64,000 nucleotides of DNA from Guillardia theta CCMP2712 (Eukaryota; Protista; Cryptophyta). Below, piece after piece: positions 34,676-47,170 of this stretch. Location of the stretch: the NCBI RefSeq assembly GCF_000315625.1, contig NW_005434582.1, forward strand, positions 152,768 to 216,767, given 5' to 3'. The notes under the pieces are model-generated. The model saw nothing but the letters and a program-made list of their open reading frames with translations. It searched no databases and had not been told where the DNA came from. How positions within the stretch are numbered: the stretch's first letter is position 1; every line of letters starts with the position of its first letter. The translations under genes were made by a program, and so were the position numbers.

Positions 34676-37363
34676 CTACTCGTTCTTGACTTTTCGAGCA
34701 GTTTCAGGAGGAGCGCTGGAGAGGAGATCAGGAGTCAGAAGAGTAACAGAGAAACGTGCTGCGTGTAGAGAAGCAGGGCTAGGGAGGAGGGAGGTTGCGA
34801 GAGGTACAGGGAGGCAGAGGAGGAGGGAAGCGACTGACCTTCTAGCAAGACGATGGCCGATGGGATGAAGCACAAGGTCGACAAGGAGTCGAAGGTTGAG
34901 CCCGTTGAGTACCAGCATGCCGCTGAGAGCGACGAGGAAGAGGAGGCTGTTGGGGAAGCTCCCGCGATCCGAGTACACCTTGACTGTGAGCAGCGCGTGC
35001 CCTGCGATCCTGAACAGACCGAGCGATCCCCAGTGGAGCTTCTCGAGCAAGGGAGAGGAGAGGAGGGCGAGCTGCGCGATGTCGAGGGCGTGCATGAGGA
35101 GGGAGTGGACTTCAGAGAGGAGGGTGAGGCAGATGTAGGGGACCAGCAGCTGCTTGGCTAGGCAGATGACGCCGCAGCACAGGGCGATGGTGCTGCCAGC
35201 AACGCCCGACCTGGCAGAGGAGCGGACGTTGGCCCGGTTCTTGATGCCGTCAAAGAGGGACCAGATGCTGAAGCCGCAGGTCATGCTGAGGAGGAGGTTG
35301 CAGACCTGCCCTGCGTCGCTCCTGAAGGGGTTGCTGAAGCTCGAGACAAAGAACCCGACGAGGAGGAGGAGGACAGTCAAGAGGCTGTACACCCCAGACA
35401 CCACGCTCCTCGCCCACTGCCGCTGCTTCGCATCGTCGAGGTCCGTGTAGATCCGCCCAGCCGCCATGGAGGAGAAGAAGCCACAGGAAAGAGAGAGGAG
35501 GAGAAACAAGACGGACATGATAGGAACCAACCAAAGGGTGTTGATGTACTTGCCCCCTGCGAACCCTGCCACGAAGCACCACACCATGCTCATCGTGTTG
35601 GTGTCCAGGGCAGAGAACGAGAAGGGGGAGGAGGAGGAGGCGGCGGCGCGGCTGGTCCTGGCCAGCGAGACAGGCGACTTGCACCACACGATCTGGTAGT
35701 TGTGAATGAACTGCAGCTGGAAACCAGCTTCGCAGTAGCTGAAGTAGAACCTCCACTTCCTGTAGAACTCGTCCGAGTACCCCAGCTTCTTGATCTTGTC
35801 CTCCGCCCCCGTCCAGTTCTCGTGCCACATCTTGAGGGTCCGCGCATAGTGCAGGCCGATGTCTTCCACATGCTGGCAGAAGAGCGAAGAGTTCCTCGTC
35901 GCCCCCAGCATCGCCCCCATGGACGGCAGGTGGCCCCCAGGGAAGATATGGCGGCGGATGAAGTCAGAGCAGCGGCAGTACTCCATGTAGTGCTCGTCCT
36001 TGTATGTGATGGCCTGGATGACGGCCTTGCCTCCCGGCACCAGCAGCTGCTCGATCACTCCGAAGTACTCCCCGAGGTTCTCGTGCCCCACCGCCTCGAT
36101 CATCTCGATCGATACCAGCCTGTCAAACTTCCCCAGCAGCTCGGCCGGCAGCTTGCGGTAGTCGCAGAAGAGGATGGTGATCCTGTCGCTCATGCCCCGC
36201 TCCTCCACCTTGGCCGTGGCGTAGCTGAACTGTTCCTCACTGATCGTGATCCCCGTTACCCTGCACCCGAAGCGCTCCACCGCCCTGATTGCGAAACCTC
36301 CCCAGCCGCAGCCGATCTCGAAGATGTGATGGCCCGAGTTGAGTTCCAGCTTGTCGAGGATCAGGTCCAGCTTGTTGAGCTGGGACTGGTAGAGGGTGTC
36401 CTGTGGGCTGTTGAAGACGCCGGAGGAGTACATCCAGGTCTCGTCGAGGAAGAGCCTGTCAAATCCCTCCGTCAGCCTCCTTGCAGTTACAGCATTCCTT
36501 GCCCTGTCCTCCTCTACGTTCTCTACCTTCCCCGCTCACCTTCTCCACGACCTTCACTACTTCCTCCTCTTCCTCCTCCTACTCTCCTTCCTCCTCCTCC
36601 TCCTCACCTGTACATGTCGTTGCCAAGGTCATAGTGCTCGTTGATGTTCTTGAGCGAACCCTCCACCGTGTTGGCCCTGGCCATATGCGCCATCGTCTGC
36701 ACCTGAGTGCCGATCCAGTTGAGGACCCCGAGGCTCTTCTGCAGCGAGTTGAACTCTTCGACGTTCTGCGTGAGGACGTTTAGGAAGTTGGTCAGGTCGT
36801 CGGGCTCGAACTCTCCGTTCATGTAGCTCTCGCCCAGCCCGATGTCTGTATCCTTAGCGATCCGGTGAAAGAACTTGCAGTCGAAGACCCTCACGCGCGA
36901 GTGGTACACCTCCCTCCTCCCCTTCTTCTCGTCCCCTCCCTCCTCCTCCACGTACTTCTGCTCGGGGTTCCCGTACACCACCTCCGTCCCGTTGGGCATG
37001 ATCAGCCTAAGGGAACCGCGCTTGATCGCCCTGCCCGCGAACCTGTGGACGGAGGAGCAGACGAAGCGGGTGAGGAGGGGCATGTAGGGAGATGTGGGTC
37101 GAGGGACCCAAGGGATCATTCCGCCCATCTTCTCCACCACGTTGACCGCAGACTTCATGCCATCCTCGTGGAAGCCGTACCCGCACCAGGCTCCGCAGAA
37201 CCATGTCCTCTTCACGCCCTGGATCTTGTCGAGCGTCTCCTGCGACTTCTTGGAGGCGCCGGAGAAGACGGGGTGCGAGAGCTTGAGATGCTTCACGGTC
37301 TTTTCCTCTGCTGGGGCCTGTACAACATCGTGAGGGAAGCAGCGAAAAGAAGAGGGGGAAAGA

Positions 37364-37415
<52 letters not shown>

Positions 37416-38622
37416 AGAAATGTGCGAGACGGGAGAAGGAAAGGGGGGGGGGGGGGGGGAGGTGGCTTGGGGCGGTTTGGAGGTTGAGGCAGGAAAGAGA
37501 AGAGAAGAAGAGACGAAGAAAGAGGAGGGGAGGTAGTAGAGAACTTACATGAGGAGGGTTCAGAGTCACAAACAGATCGCCGGTCCCCTCAGGCAGACGC
37601 TGTAGCGAGTTGACCCAGTAGCTCACGCACACGGCGCGGTCGGAAGGAGCATCCTTGTTGAGCTCCGTCATATCCAGGCAGTTCCAGGAGGCCCACACTT
37701 TCCTCTCCCTCGGCATCAGGCTGGGGTCTCGGTGGAGGTAGACGTCGTTCTCAGCATAGGGGATGCCCTTGAGAATCGCTTCCTCCTCCTTGCTGATGTC
37801 TCCTCCCAAGATCTTCATCGTCACGTCCGAGTGGGTGGCGAAGATCACGTGGTCGAACTCCTCACACTTCCCCTGCTCGTCACGCACCTCCACCTTGTCC
37901 CCCTTGCGCACGACCGACCGGACGGCACAGCTGCTGCGAGCGTCCTGAAGGATCTCCACGACCTTCCTGACGTAGCTCCTGCTCCTGTCCTTGACGACCC
38001 TCCACTTGGGCCTCTCGATGAGCTCGAGGAGGTGATGGTTCACCCAGAAGCGGATCATCACTCGGATCGAGAACTCCATGCACTGCTTGTTGCTCACGCT
38101 CCATACCGCTGCACACATCGGGAGGAGGTACCAGTAGGTGAACCCTTCACTGTACCCCTCCTTCTTCAGGTACTCTCCCAGCGTCATGTCCGCGTACTGC
38201 TCCTCCACCAGCACCTTGGGCGCCTCCTTCCCGAACCGCAGCACGTCTCGGATCATGAGCAGGAACTTGGGGCTGACTAAGTTGCGACGCTGCGCGAAGA
38301 TGGTAGACAGGTTGTGGCTACCCCACTCGACCTTCCCGTCGTCCACAGACAGGGCGAAGCTCATGTCGCTCTCCTCACTGTCTACTCCCAGAGCCTCCAG
38401 GAACTGCTCGAAGTGCCCGTACGTCGTCCTGTTGAACACCTGGAAGCCAAGGTCCACAGGAACTCCCGGGATCGTCTCGTCTGTGAGCGTGTGCCCTCCG
38501 AAGTAGTCCTCCGCCTCATACAAGGTCACCTTCCACCCTGACTTCTGCATCAACCATGCTGCCGCCAGCCCTGAGATCCCTGACCCGATGATCGCCACCC
38601 TGCTGCCGTCTGCTCCTTGCAT
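34676..38622 (-). CDS. Fusion: FAD-dependent oxidoreductase (amine-oxidase fold) + cyclopropane-fatty-acyl-phospholipid synthase-type SAM methyltransferase + TLC-like membrane domain
   Basis: RVAIIGSGISGLAAA...YEAEDYFGGH, VDLGFQVFNRTTY and WFCGAWCGYGFHEDG; NINEHYDLGNDMY, EIGCGWGG, VSIEMIEAVG, IFPGGHLPS, HYARTLKMW and RKWRFYFSYCEAGF; then a multi-TM tail with LLSEVHSLLMH and LFRIAGH. Confidence 0.88.
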
Positions 38623-39839
38623 CTTCGGCCACAAGATCCGACGGTCTGCTGGCAGGGGGGCAGGGTCAGTACGACCGGAGATCAGAGGACAAGCGCTTGC
38701 TCAACAAGATGAGATTTGAAGAATACAGAACATTGAGGATGAGGGGAGCGCTTCCTGCTTACAACAGCATAACGGAAGCCAGCATGTCGGCATGTATCGC
38801 ATCGCGATGTTTGCGCTAACGGTGTTGGCATGCTAAGTGCCTCAAGGGCTACATCACAATGCTCTGGTGCTTCGCACCCACTAAACCATGCTCAGCACTA
38901 CAAGAGATAAGAAGATCGGTAGACGCTTTCGATCTTCGGCACTGCATCATCCGCCCCTTCCCTGATCCCACCACCATTCCCTGTCCTTGAAAATCATCTC
39001 AACAATCTCAACACAATCCTCTCCTCTGCTTCCCTCAGCTTGTGCTTGACCAACATTCTCTCCTATCCTGTACTTGACCCTATGTCACATCCCCTGTCTT
39101 CTACCTTCTCCTCCTCCTCTCTCTTTCCCTCCTCCCCTTCTTCTTCTGCGCGCATTGCCCGCTCTCTCTTTAAGTGTCCCCCGATCTCCACAGAGATCCT
39201 TCCAAGACCCTACCCCTCTAGTCCTACTCAACCACCCCACCCACCAATTCTCGTGAATAGGTGTACACCACCACAACAAGATCCGTGACTACGGACCCCT
39301 GCTAAATCCTTCAAGTACCCCCATTTCAATATCATATTCTACTACCCTACCCCTTCAACTACATCCCTCCCTACCCCACACACCCCCTCTTTCCCCCAAG
39401 TCCAACCTATAAACCCCTCAGGAGTACCAGATGTACCCCTACCCCCTGTTTTTCACTGCTTCGGTAGGGTACCTCTTTGTCCCGCATGATCATACAAGCC
39501 GTGGGAGTACCCCTTCAGGAAAAGGAAAATGGGGGTTAAGGATGAGGGGTGGGGTCCTAGAGTGTGCACGGTACTTACCTGTAGCTGGTAGTCAGATATC
39601 CATCAAAGTAGGGGTACTCTACACTAGAAAACAAGGGGTTACAGCCATCAGAGGGGTGAATCGAGAGGGTGGGGTACTCTTGGACCTAGGGATCTGGTAA
39701 CCCCCTGACTTACGAAGTTGAGTGGGAAGAAGGGGGGTAGTGGTCCAACATGCGGTGGGTCAGTGGATCTTAGTGGGGAAGAGGGTTTCACAGTGTACCG
39801 GGAAGTTGGATAACCGGAGTCCGGCGGCTCTTGGAAAAA

Positions 39840-40742
39840 ATGGCGAAGGCAGCAGCATTGCGGGTTATGATGCTGGCGATGCTGGCGATGCTGGTGGTGA
39901 GAGTAGAGGGCTCCAGCAACGACCATGAGGATGAAGCTGCCAGCGGAGATCACGCGGAAGGAGTTGTTGGGGAGGAGACGTGGGGTGTGCATGGTACGAT
40001 ACCTCCCGAGGTGGTGAGTGAATGGAGGAGAAAGGATGTGAAGGATGGCAGAGCAGTCCCTGAAGGATCCTTCTTCGACCCTACCTCCTCCTACGTATGG
40101 AGTGGGAAAGGGGCAGGAGTTCGTACCATCGTGAACCCAGCGCGATGGGTCATGGGCCGGCGCACGCAGAGAATGGACTTCAGCAATGATCACAGCGCCG
40201 AGTATGCAGATGGAGAATGGTGGCCGTATCGTCGTGGAGTGGCACCTGTGAAGGAAGGAAGCGGCTTCGGGTACAGGCATGACAGGCGGCCCTCCGAGAG
40301 GGAGTCGGAGGAGGACTTGTTGTCGGGTATCGTCAGGAGGTATAACAACCCTACGTACGATCCGTACATGGATCACTACTACAAGTTGTTGGTAGCATCA
40401 AAGAGAGCTAGGAGCGTGAGAAACGCACAGAGAGCCATTGGAAAACTGGATGAGGAGGCGGCGAAGGCTCTGCCAGCGCTGGACTACATGGTAAGTTGAC
40501 ATACATGATTGCGTCTGCGTTCGTTTGATCTGATCGATCGGTTTGCAGTTTCATACAGGTCTTCCTCAACAGCGAGCAGACGTTGATGAGCAATGAACTT
40601 GCGGTTGTGCTCTTGCAGAGGTATGAGATCAGATCATAGGGACGGGTGGGTTGTAACGAGGGGGAACCTATCGGCATCAGTTAGTTGGACTTGTTTGTTG
40701 GCGTTTGACAGGACTGTGGTTTATGGGATAGAAGAATTGTAG
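39840..40742 (+). CDS. Secreted/ER hypothetical protein with signal peptide
   Basis: Leader MAKAAALRVMMLAMLAMLVVRVEG and a 220-codon first exon ending ATG|gtaag. The 3' exons are ambiguous (stop near 40596 or at 40742, ...YGIEEL*). Confidence 0.55.
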
Positions 40743-40824
40743 GATGGACCGTCTTCAGCTCCTCCCTTCAGTACGAGTTGTGGGATGATACTCTCATGAC
40801 TTGAAGATGCATCGGAGATTTATA

Positions 40825-43119
40825 TCACAAACTTGCATCCTGAAACTTGGAAACATTATTAGAATACAAATCCATGTTATCACCATCTACTATGGATGTT
40901 GTGTGCATAGGGGGTTCCGAGCGGGCGAGCGAGGGATGCGCACCAATGAATAAGCAGGAAGAGGAGGTGGTGGTGGTGGAGGAGGAGGAGAGAGGAAACA
41001 ATGACAAGGACAAGTGAAGGTGAAAGGGCAAGAGCGAGGTTCTTTCAAGCAGCGTCATGGCCAGCCGCCTCGTCCCTCCGTATACCCTGGTGGGAAGCAT
41101 CAGCTGAGGGCAGCAACACGTCCAGCAGACCTTGGCTTCAGCAGGAGGATCGTCCAGCGATAACCCACTGCGGACACTGATAGCGTCCATGTCGACGGGA
41201 GCATCTTCGACTGAGGGGCTGTAAGACCGGTCCTCCAGGTCTGCAAACAAGAGTCTGAGAAAGTTGCGACAATGATGATGAGGAAGGAGGGAAACCTGGA
41301 AGGTCGCGCCCGTTGAGCCCCCCCAATGGCTTGTCATCGGGAAGGTTGTGGTGGGACTGGCCCTGGAGCAGCTCGTAGCTCTTGCCTTCCTTCTTCTCCG
41401 CCACCTCAAGCTCCTTCTCCTCCTGCGCAGTAGTCTCGATGTCTGCCACCTTCGCGTCAAGGTCCAGAGGGTCCAGATGCTGCAGGTCCTCGTCGCGGAA
41501 GAACTTCGGGAACAGCTTCTGGCGGGCAGGGACGATGATCATGATGAAGAGAGGGAACGAGATGCCGGCGATGCCAGCCCACGTGATCCCGTAGCAGATG
41601 AGGAGGAACACCAGCTGCATCAAGGTGAACTTCTGGATCGTCTTCATCGGCACCTTGTCCAGGAAGGAAGGGTGATGCCCCGAGCGCAGGCGGAAGACTT
41701 GCTTCCTGTCAGTCAGGAAGAGGAGGAGCCTCTCGAAAAACTGGTTGCCCGGCAGCCCCTCGATGGCCATGAAGGCAAAGAACCCCCAGAGGACAGAGCG
41801 GGGTATCTTTTGGATAATGAAGGTCAGTGGGAGGCAGATCCCGCAGAGGATAGACTGGATCAGGTTTGACACCCTGTTCTCCACTATCTCCGCCCTCAAG
41901 TGAATCTTCTCCTCGCCCGGTTGCCCCGCCGTCCCTTTCTCCACGTGCTTCTCCTTGAACCACTTCCGGTTGGCCCGCGCGTGCATGGGGGCTTGGGGGA
42001 TGACCCCGTTGACCGGGGGGATGCCGAGGAGACCGCAGATCAGAGTCATGATGGCCAGTAGCAAGAAGTCCCAGTGGTACGCAGGAGGCTTCTTGAGGTC
42101 CATGACATTCTGAGCCAGCTGGCTGCTGACGTTGTGATCGAAGAAGAAGAGGACCGCGATGATGACCGCCGGGATCAGAGCCGCCGCCCAGTGCCTGAGC
42201 TCCATGTGAGTACAACGTCAACGCTGCTAGACAGTCAGAGGGTTTACCATCCTTCCAGCTCTTGCATGCGACTCAGCACAGTGTAGTTGGGAGATCCGTC
42301 GAGCGCGTTGGGGATCAGGAGGCGTCGGGGGATCCCGTCCGGGACTCCCTTAGGGATGTAGGAGACGAGAGTCCAGAGCAGCACGGCCAGAGCGGTGCCA
42401 TAGTCCGAGATAAAATGCCGGAGCACTCGTCGGAAGTAGACAGTATGCCGCATCGAGATGCTGGCAAGCGAAGTGAAGAGCAGGCCTCCAGCGAGGACGA
42501 TGGAGAAGGAGCCATTGAACATTAACCAGATCCGCGACTCTGTCTGCATGCTGCTGCTGCTGTGGACAACGGAACCCAGCGGGTGAAATTCGGAGTAGAG
42601 CCCTTTGATCGCTTCTTGGAAGAACAGAGTGGCAATGAGTAGACCGAACAGTTCTCCCGAGAAGCGTGAAAAATGGTTGATGTAGGAGCAAGAGTTGATC
42701 GCGGCCAACCCTGCCAGCATGATCGCGACCCAGAACAGAGTCGCTGATGCCCATGGTACGAAGGGGATATTTGCAGTCTTTGCGATCTTGTACATGTAGC
42801 CATAGACGAGTACAATCGGCTCCGCCACTCCCACGATGAGCAACGGCTGGCCGCCCAGGATCGACTGGATCGCCCCGCAGACAGCCGTTGCCAGGATCAC
42901 ATGAACGCCGTTGAGGGCCCCCTCTGTATAATCGTCCAATTGCTCACCGAAGGTGAGGGCGGGGATGATGCTGGCAAAGAAGATGTACGTGGAAGGAGCG
43001 AGGATCGTTATGTTTTCCTTGAGCCCGTCTACCCAATCCGAGAGGTAGAAAGGCGCACGAGAACGAAGGTCATGTAATATGCCCGCAAACGGCCGAATCC
43101 CGTGACTTTGCCTCGTCAT
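40825..43119 (-). CDS. SLC4/HCO3- cotransporter-family protein, plant BOR1-like borate transporter
   Basis: GILHDLRSRAPFYLSDWVDG, APSTYIFFASIIPALTFGEQL, GGQPLLIVGVAEP, FSRFSGELFG, FFFDHNVSSQLAQ, LKKPPAYHWD, GIPPVNGVIPQAPMH, ENRVSNLIQS, IPRSVLWGFF. Confidence 0.92.
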
Positions 43120-44750
43120 TGCAGCACCGAGAGCTTCTTGTGTGTGATAGCGTTTCCAAAACGAACCTGAACAAACAGCAAGAAAAGTCAGCCGACGCTG
43201 TTTCCTCCGTCATGGTATCGTTGCTCCGTCTCTGACCCCCGCTCTCCCGCCGCCACCATATCCTTGCAGTATAAGAGGGAATTTTCTTTCTTTTGAACTT
43301 AACCTCGGCAATCCTGTTTCTATTCTCAATGCTACTCTACTCTTTTTCATCCTCCCTCGTACCTTTTCTACCTACCTGCACCCAAAAAGTCTTCCTGTTT
43401 CGTGTCGTTCGCTTCTCTGATCCCCTAGAACTCCTCATGTAGATCCTTCCCACCGTGTATCTGTCTCTTCCCCTTCCTCTCCCTCCCCTCCCTCTCCTCT
43501 CCCTCCCATCAACCCCGATCTCTTCATCGCCATGATAGGGACAAAGTTTTTTTATTGACCATAAATCACCCTGCGGGCGAGTACCCCACATTCAATGTAC
43601 ATCTTTAGTACCCTCTACCCCCACAGACCCCACAAATTACCATTCAAATTAGGGGTTGTACAAGTACCCTACCCTGATGGCTCAAACGTACAAGCTGGAA
43701 CGAAAGAAAGATTGGGGAGGGAGCACGTGTCGAGGGGGTGGGGTGGGGTATCCACCTTATATGTTCCAGGTGGGGTCCTTTCCAGCGAGTATGGAGGGGT
43801 TCTATACCCTCCAATTTCCAGGCTTGCCTCAGGTCAGTTTTCAGCCTCAGTCCCCGATGACCTTTGAACCTCCGGGCCCGTGCCGGGGCCCGGCGTTATC
43901 GGTTTCAGGTACCCCCCCCTGCCTCTGGTAGGTTAGTACCACCCCCATTAATACATGACCCAACCCACCCCTTGAGAGGGTCCTACCGGTCACCATCTCA
44001 ATCGTATTCTGTCAACAGCGACCGGTGTAACCCCACCCACCCTATCTTAGTTTGTAGTACCCACCCTCTTTTTTCACTTTTGACCCCTTAAAATATACAG
44101 TGCTACCCCTTTGATATTGTCCTATAGTAGCTTCCTAGTCCTGAAGTCCTAGGATTGTTGTAGGGGGGCAGGATTACCAGGGTACAAACCGGGGGGGGGT
44201 CCATCCAGAGGGTAGGGTAGGCTGGTCATAGCTTCATCATCCCCACCAAATTGTAAAGTGTGTGGGGAACTTTTAGGGGGTCTATGTCGAGATACTAGGG
44301 TAGTGACATATTATGGAGGGGTGTACATGGAAATAGCCACCACAATGGAGGTGAAATGGGGTATATAAATAGCTAAATTTAAGGGGTACTAAATTTCAAT
44401 GAAGGGTGATCAACGAAAAGGTAGGGGTTATATAAAATCTTTGGGGTACATGGTTTGGAGGGTGGAGGTGGGGTAAACAAATCGGGGTAGGGGTAGAAAG
44501 CATGGAGCAGTGCAAACTTTTGGTAGGAATGCAAGGGGGATGGAAGGGGGGGAGGAGGGCGGGGAATGGAAGCAGACGACAGGGAGAGGAGAGAGGCAGA
44601 GGAGGCAGAGAGGATGCTAGATGTGATAGAGACTGCAAAGGCTTCGTGAAATTGCATCGTGTGAAGCAAGTTCCGGCTCCTGTTTTCGTGCTATTTCATT
44701 TGAAGAAGGTGCTACTGGACTTGGGATCCTGCAAAGAACCATTTTTTGCC

Positions 44751-46952
44751 ATGCAAAGCATCCCCAAGAATAGTAGATCCAATGTAGCGCTCAAGCATGC
44801 TTTGTCGATTATTGAGAATGGGATCGCTGATGCTATTTCGAATAGCCTGGTTGATGATCAGGTTTCACAATTGCACTTGACAGTCATATACACAATGCAG
44901 GTGTCAGGGCGTGTTGGAAAGTCATAAGAGATGGATCGCGAACTTCGAAAGGTTTTAGTAAGACATTGTATGGCTTGTCTCCTGATTCTCCTTCAAAGGA
45001 TCTGGAGCGCATCCGCAGGTTTGAACAAGAAAACGATGACAAGCTCCGCAAGAAGAAGTGCAAGTCACCTGAGATATGTGCGGGTGATGAGAAGCAACGG
45101 GTTCGATTCTCCCTTCCTCGAGCAAAGGAATTCCATCCTACAGAAGATGAATTCAAGGACCCGCTGTCTTACATCTCTAAGATTCAATCCGAGGCATCCA
45201 AGTACACCCCCTGAAATGGATGTTGGTTTGTTTGCTTGCTGTTTGCTTTGTTTCTTGATGTGGTTGAATGCCGTGAGTGGATGGTTCTGCTCTTTGTGGA
45301 CGTTAGATACTAGATGTCTATTTTCCTAACGAAAAAACCGATCCTCCCAATGTTCGGCGACCCGCATGAGGTTTGTCTAACCGGCCCCTGACCTTTGTTG
45401 CAGGTACGGAGTCGTGAAGATCATTCCTCCATGCACATGGAAGCCGATGTTTGCTCCCTGCTTTGGTGTGTTTGAGAACTCAGACCGTCTCTTCTGCGTT
45501 CGACGCCAGACCGTTCAAAAGAAGACCGTCTTACCTGTAAGTCACAAGCATATCACTGATCGGACCGTTTGTAAAGATCGATAATTTCGCTCGGCAGCTG
45601 AATGACAGTTGGGGTGTGGCTTTCGAGTTCAAGGTTGAGCACATGAGCAAACATTTCACGTTGGACAAGTTCGAGGAGGAGGCGTCAGGAAGAAGAAATG
45701 TCTTCGCTGATGAATCCAAGGATGCCAACAGGATATTCTGGGAACATGTCTGCAGGACCAACTCTTGTGCCTTCTTGTACGGATCAGATTTGACAGGGAC
45801 TGCGTGTAGCGAGGATGCGGGAAAGTGGAACCTTGAGAAGTTCTCAAACGATTCCTTGCTGGGAATGATACGAAGCTCGGGTGATCCTGACATCTGCGGA
45901 GTAAACCTTCCGATGCTCTATGTGGGGCATGCTTTCTCCATGTTCGGTTGGCACATTGAAGACAACGCCCTCTACTCTCTCAACTACATGCACAAGGGAT
46001 CGGCCAAGACCTGGTATGGGGTCCCAGGCCACGAAGCTCAGAAGTTGGAGAAGCTGGCCAAGAGCCTATTCGAACAAAAGGATGACCTGTCTTGTCGGTT
46101 ATACCAGAAGCTGTCTATGATCTCTCCGAACCTCCTGTTAGACGCTGGCATACCTGTCTACGAGTTAGTGCAAAGGCCCGGTGAGTTCGTCATAACCATG
46201 CCAAGATCTTATCACTCAGGTTTCAGCCATGGCTTCAATGTCGGTAAGCAGAGATCTGTGCTAGAGCGGTGTGCAAACTTGAAGCGTGCTCACACGGCCC
46301 GTGTGCAGGCGAAGCTGTAAACTTTGCTCTGCCCGAGTGGATCCCTTACGGATTTAGCTCCCTGGAAAGCCATCGAGGGATCGGACGGGAGTCGGTCCTC
46401 AACCTGGAGAAGTTCCTCTTCAACGATTCGAGCTTCTTCAACGTCAGCGTGTACAGTGCTCAAGCTCTCGTCACTCTCATCCGGTGGCAGCAAGCCGTGA
46501 TCAAAGTAGCCGAAGAGAGGGGAGTCAAGATACAGAGAATCACCCGAAGTTCGCGAGGTTCCCCCGAGCAGAGCGATAGGGTGGACAAGCGTGTCATGTG
46601 CTGCTACTGCAAGCACTCCATGTACCTCATGTACCTCTACGTTCCGGGTGGAGACGGGATCCGTTTCTGCCCTGATCATGCAAACCACATGGAAGTTGAG
46701 GTGGAATGTCTCTCGCTCTACATCAGGTTCACGAAAGAAGAGCTTGCAAACATGGAAGAGCTGTGTCAGGCAGTGCTTTCTGATCCTACTCAGCACAAGG
46801 ATCTTGTGGGATTCCAAGGAGAAATCCTGGTGCACTTTGACATGGCACAGCCAATCATCAGCGACAAACCAAAGAAGTCCTCCAAGACTCAGTCCACCCT
46901 GTTCGAATTTCCATCTTCGCCTTTCTATAACATGCAAACTAGTCAATCATGA
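44751..46952 (+). CDS. JmjN/JmjC histone lysine demethylase (KDM5/KDM4-like) with a degenerate C5HC2-like finger
   Basis: JmjN: AKEFHPTEDEFKDPLSYISKIQSEASK|YGVVKIIPP. JmjC: PMLYVGHAFSMFGWHIEDNALYSLNYMHKGSAKTWYGVP and QRPGEFVITMPRSYHSGFSHGFNV|GEAVNFA. Finger: CCYCKH...FCPDH. Confidence 0.92.
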
Positions 46953-47170
46953 AAATAAACAATAGCATCCCGGATGTCATGAGACGAGACGATAGAGGAA
47001 CCAAGAAGAGCGAATTTATCTGACCTAACCTGCAGCGATAGCGTTTCGTGCAGATTGGCACTCTGTGGGGAGGGACAGAGCATGCCGCGCAAAACAACGA
47101 CAAGGACAGGAATGAAAACAGATCTTACAAGGAAACAGATCGTTACAGGGAGGCTCATGGAAATGAAACT

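Noticed and set aside
35702-36634. Long antisense ORFs (also 62020-63366, 32742-33494, 41348-41869)
   Set aside because: Shadow ORFs caused by high GC3 on the opposite coding strand; no recognisable motifs.
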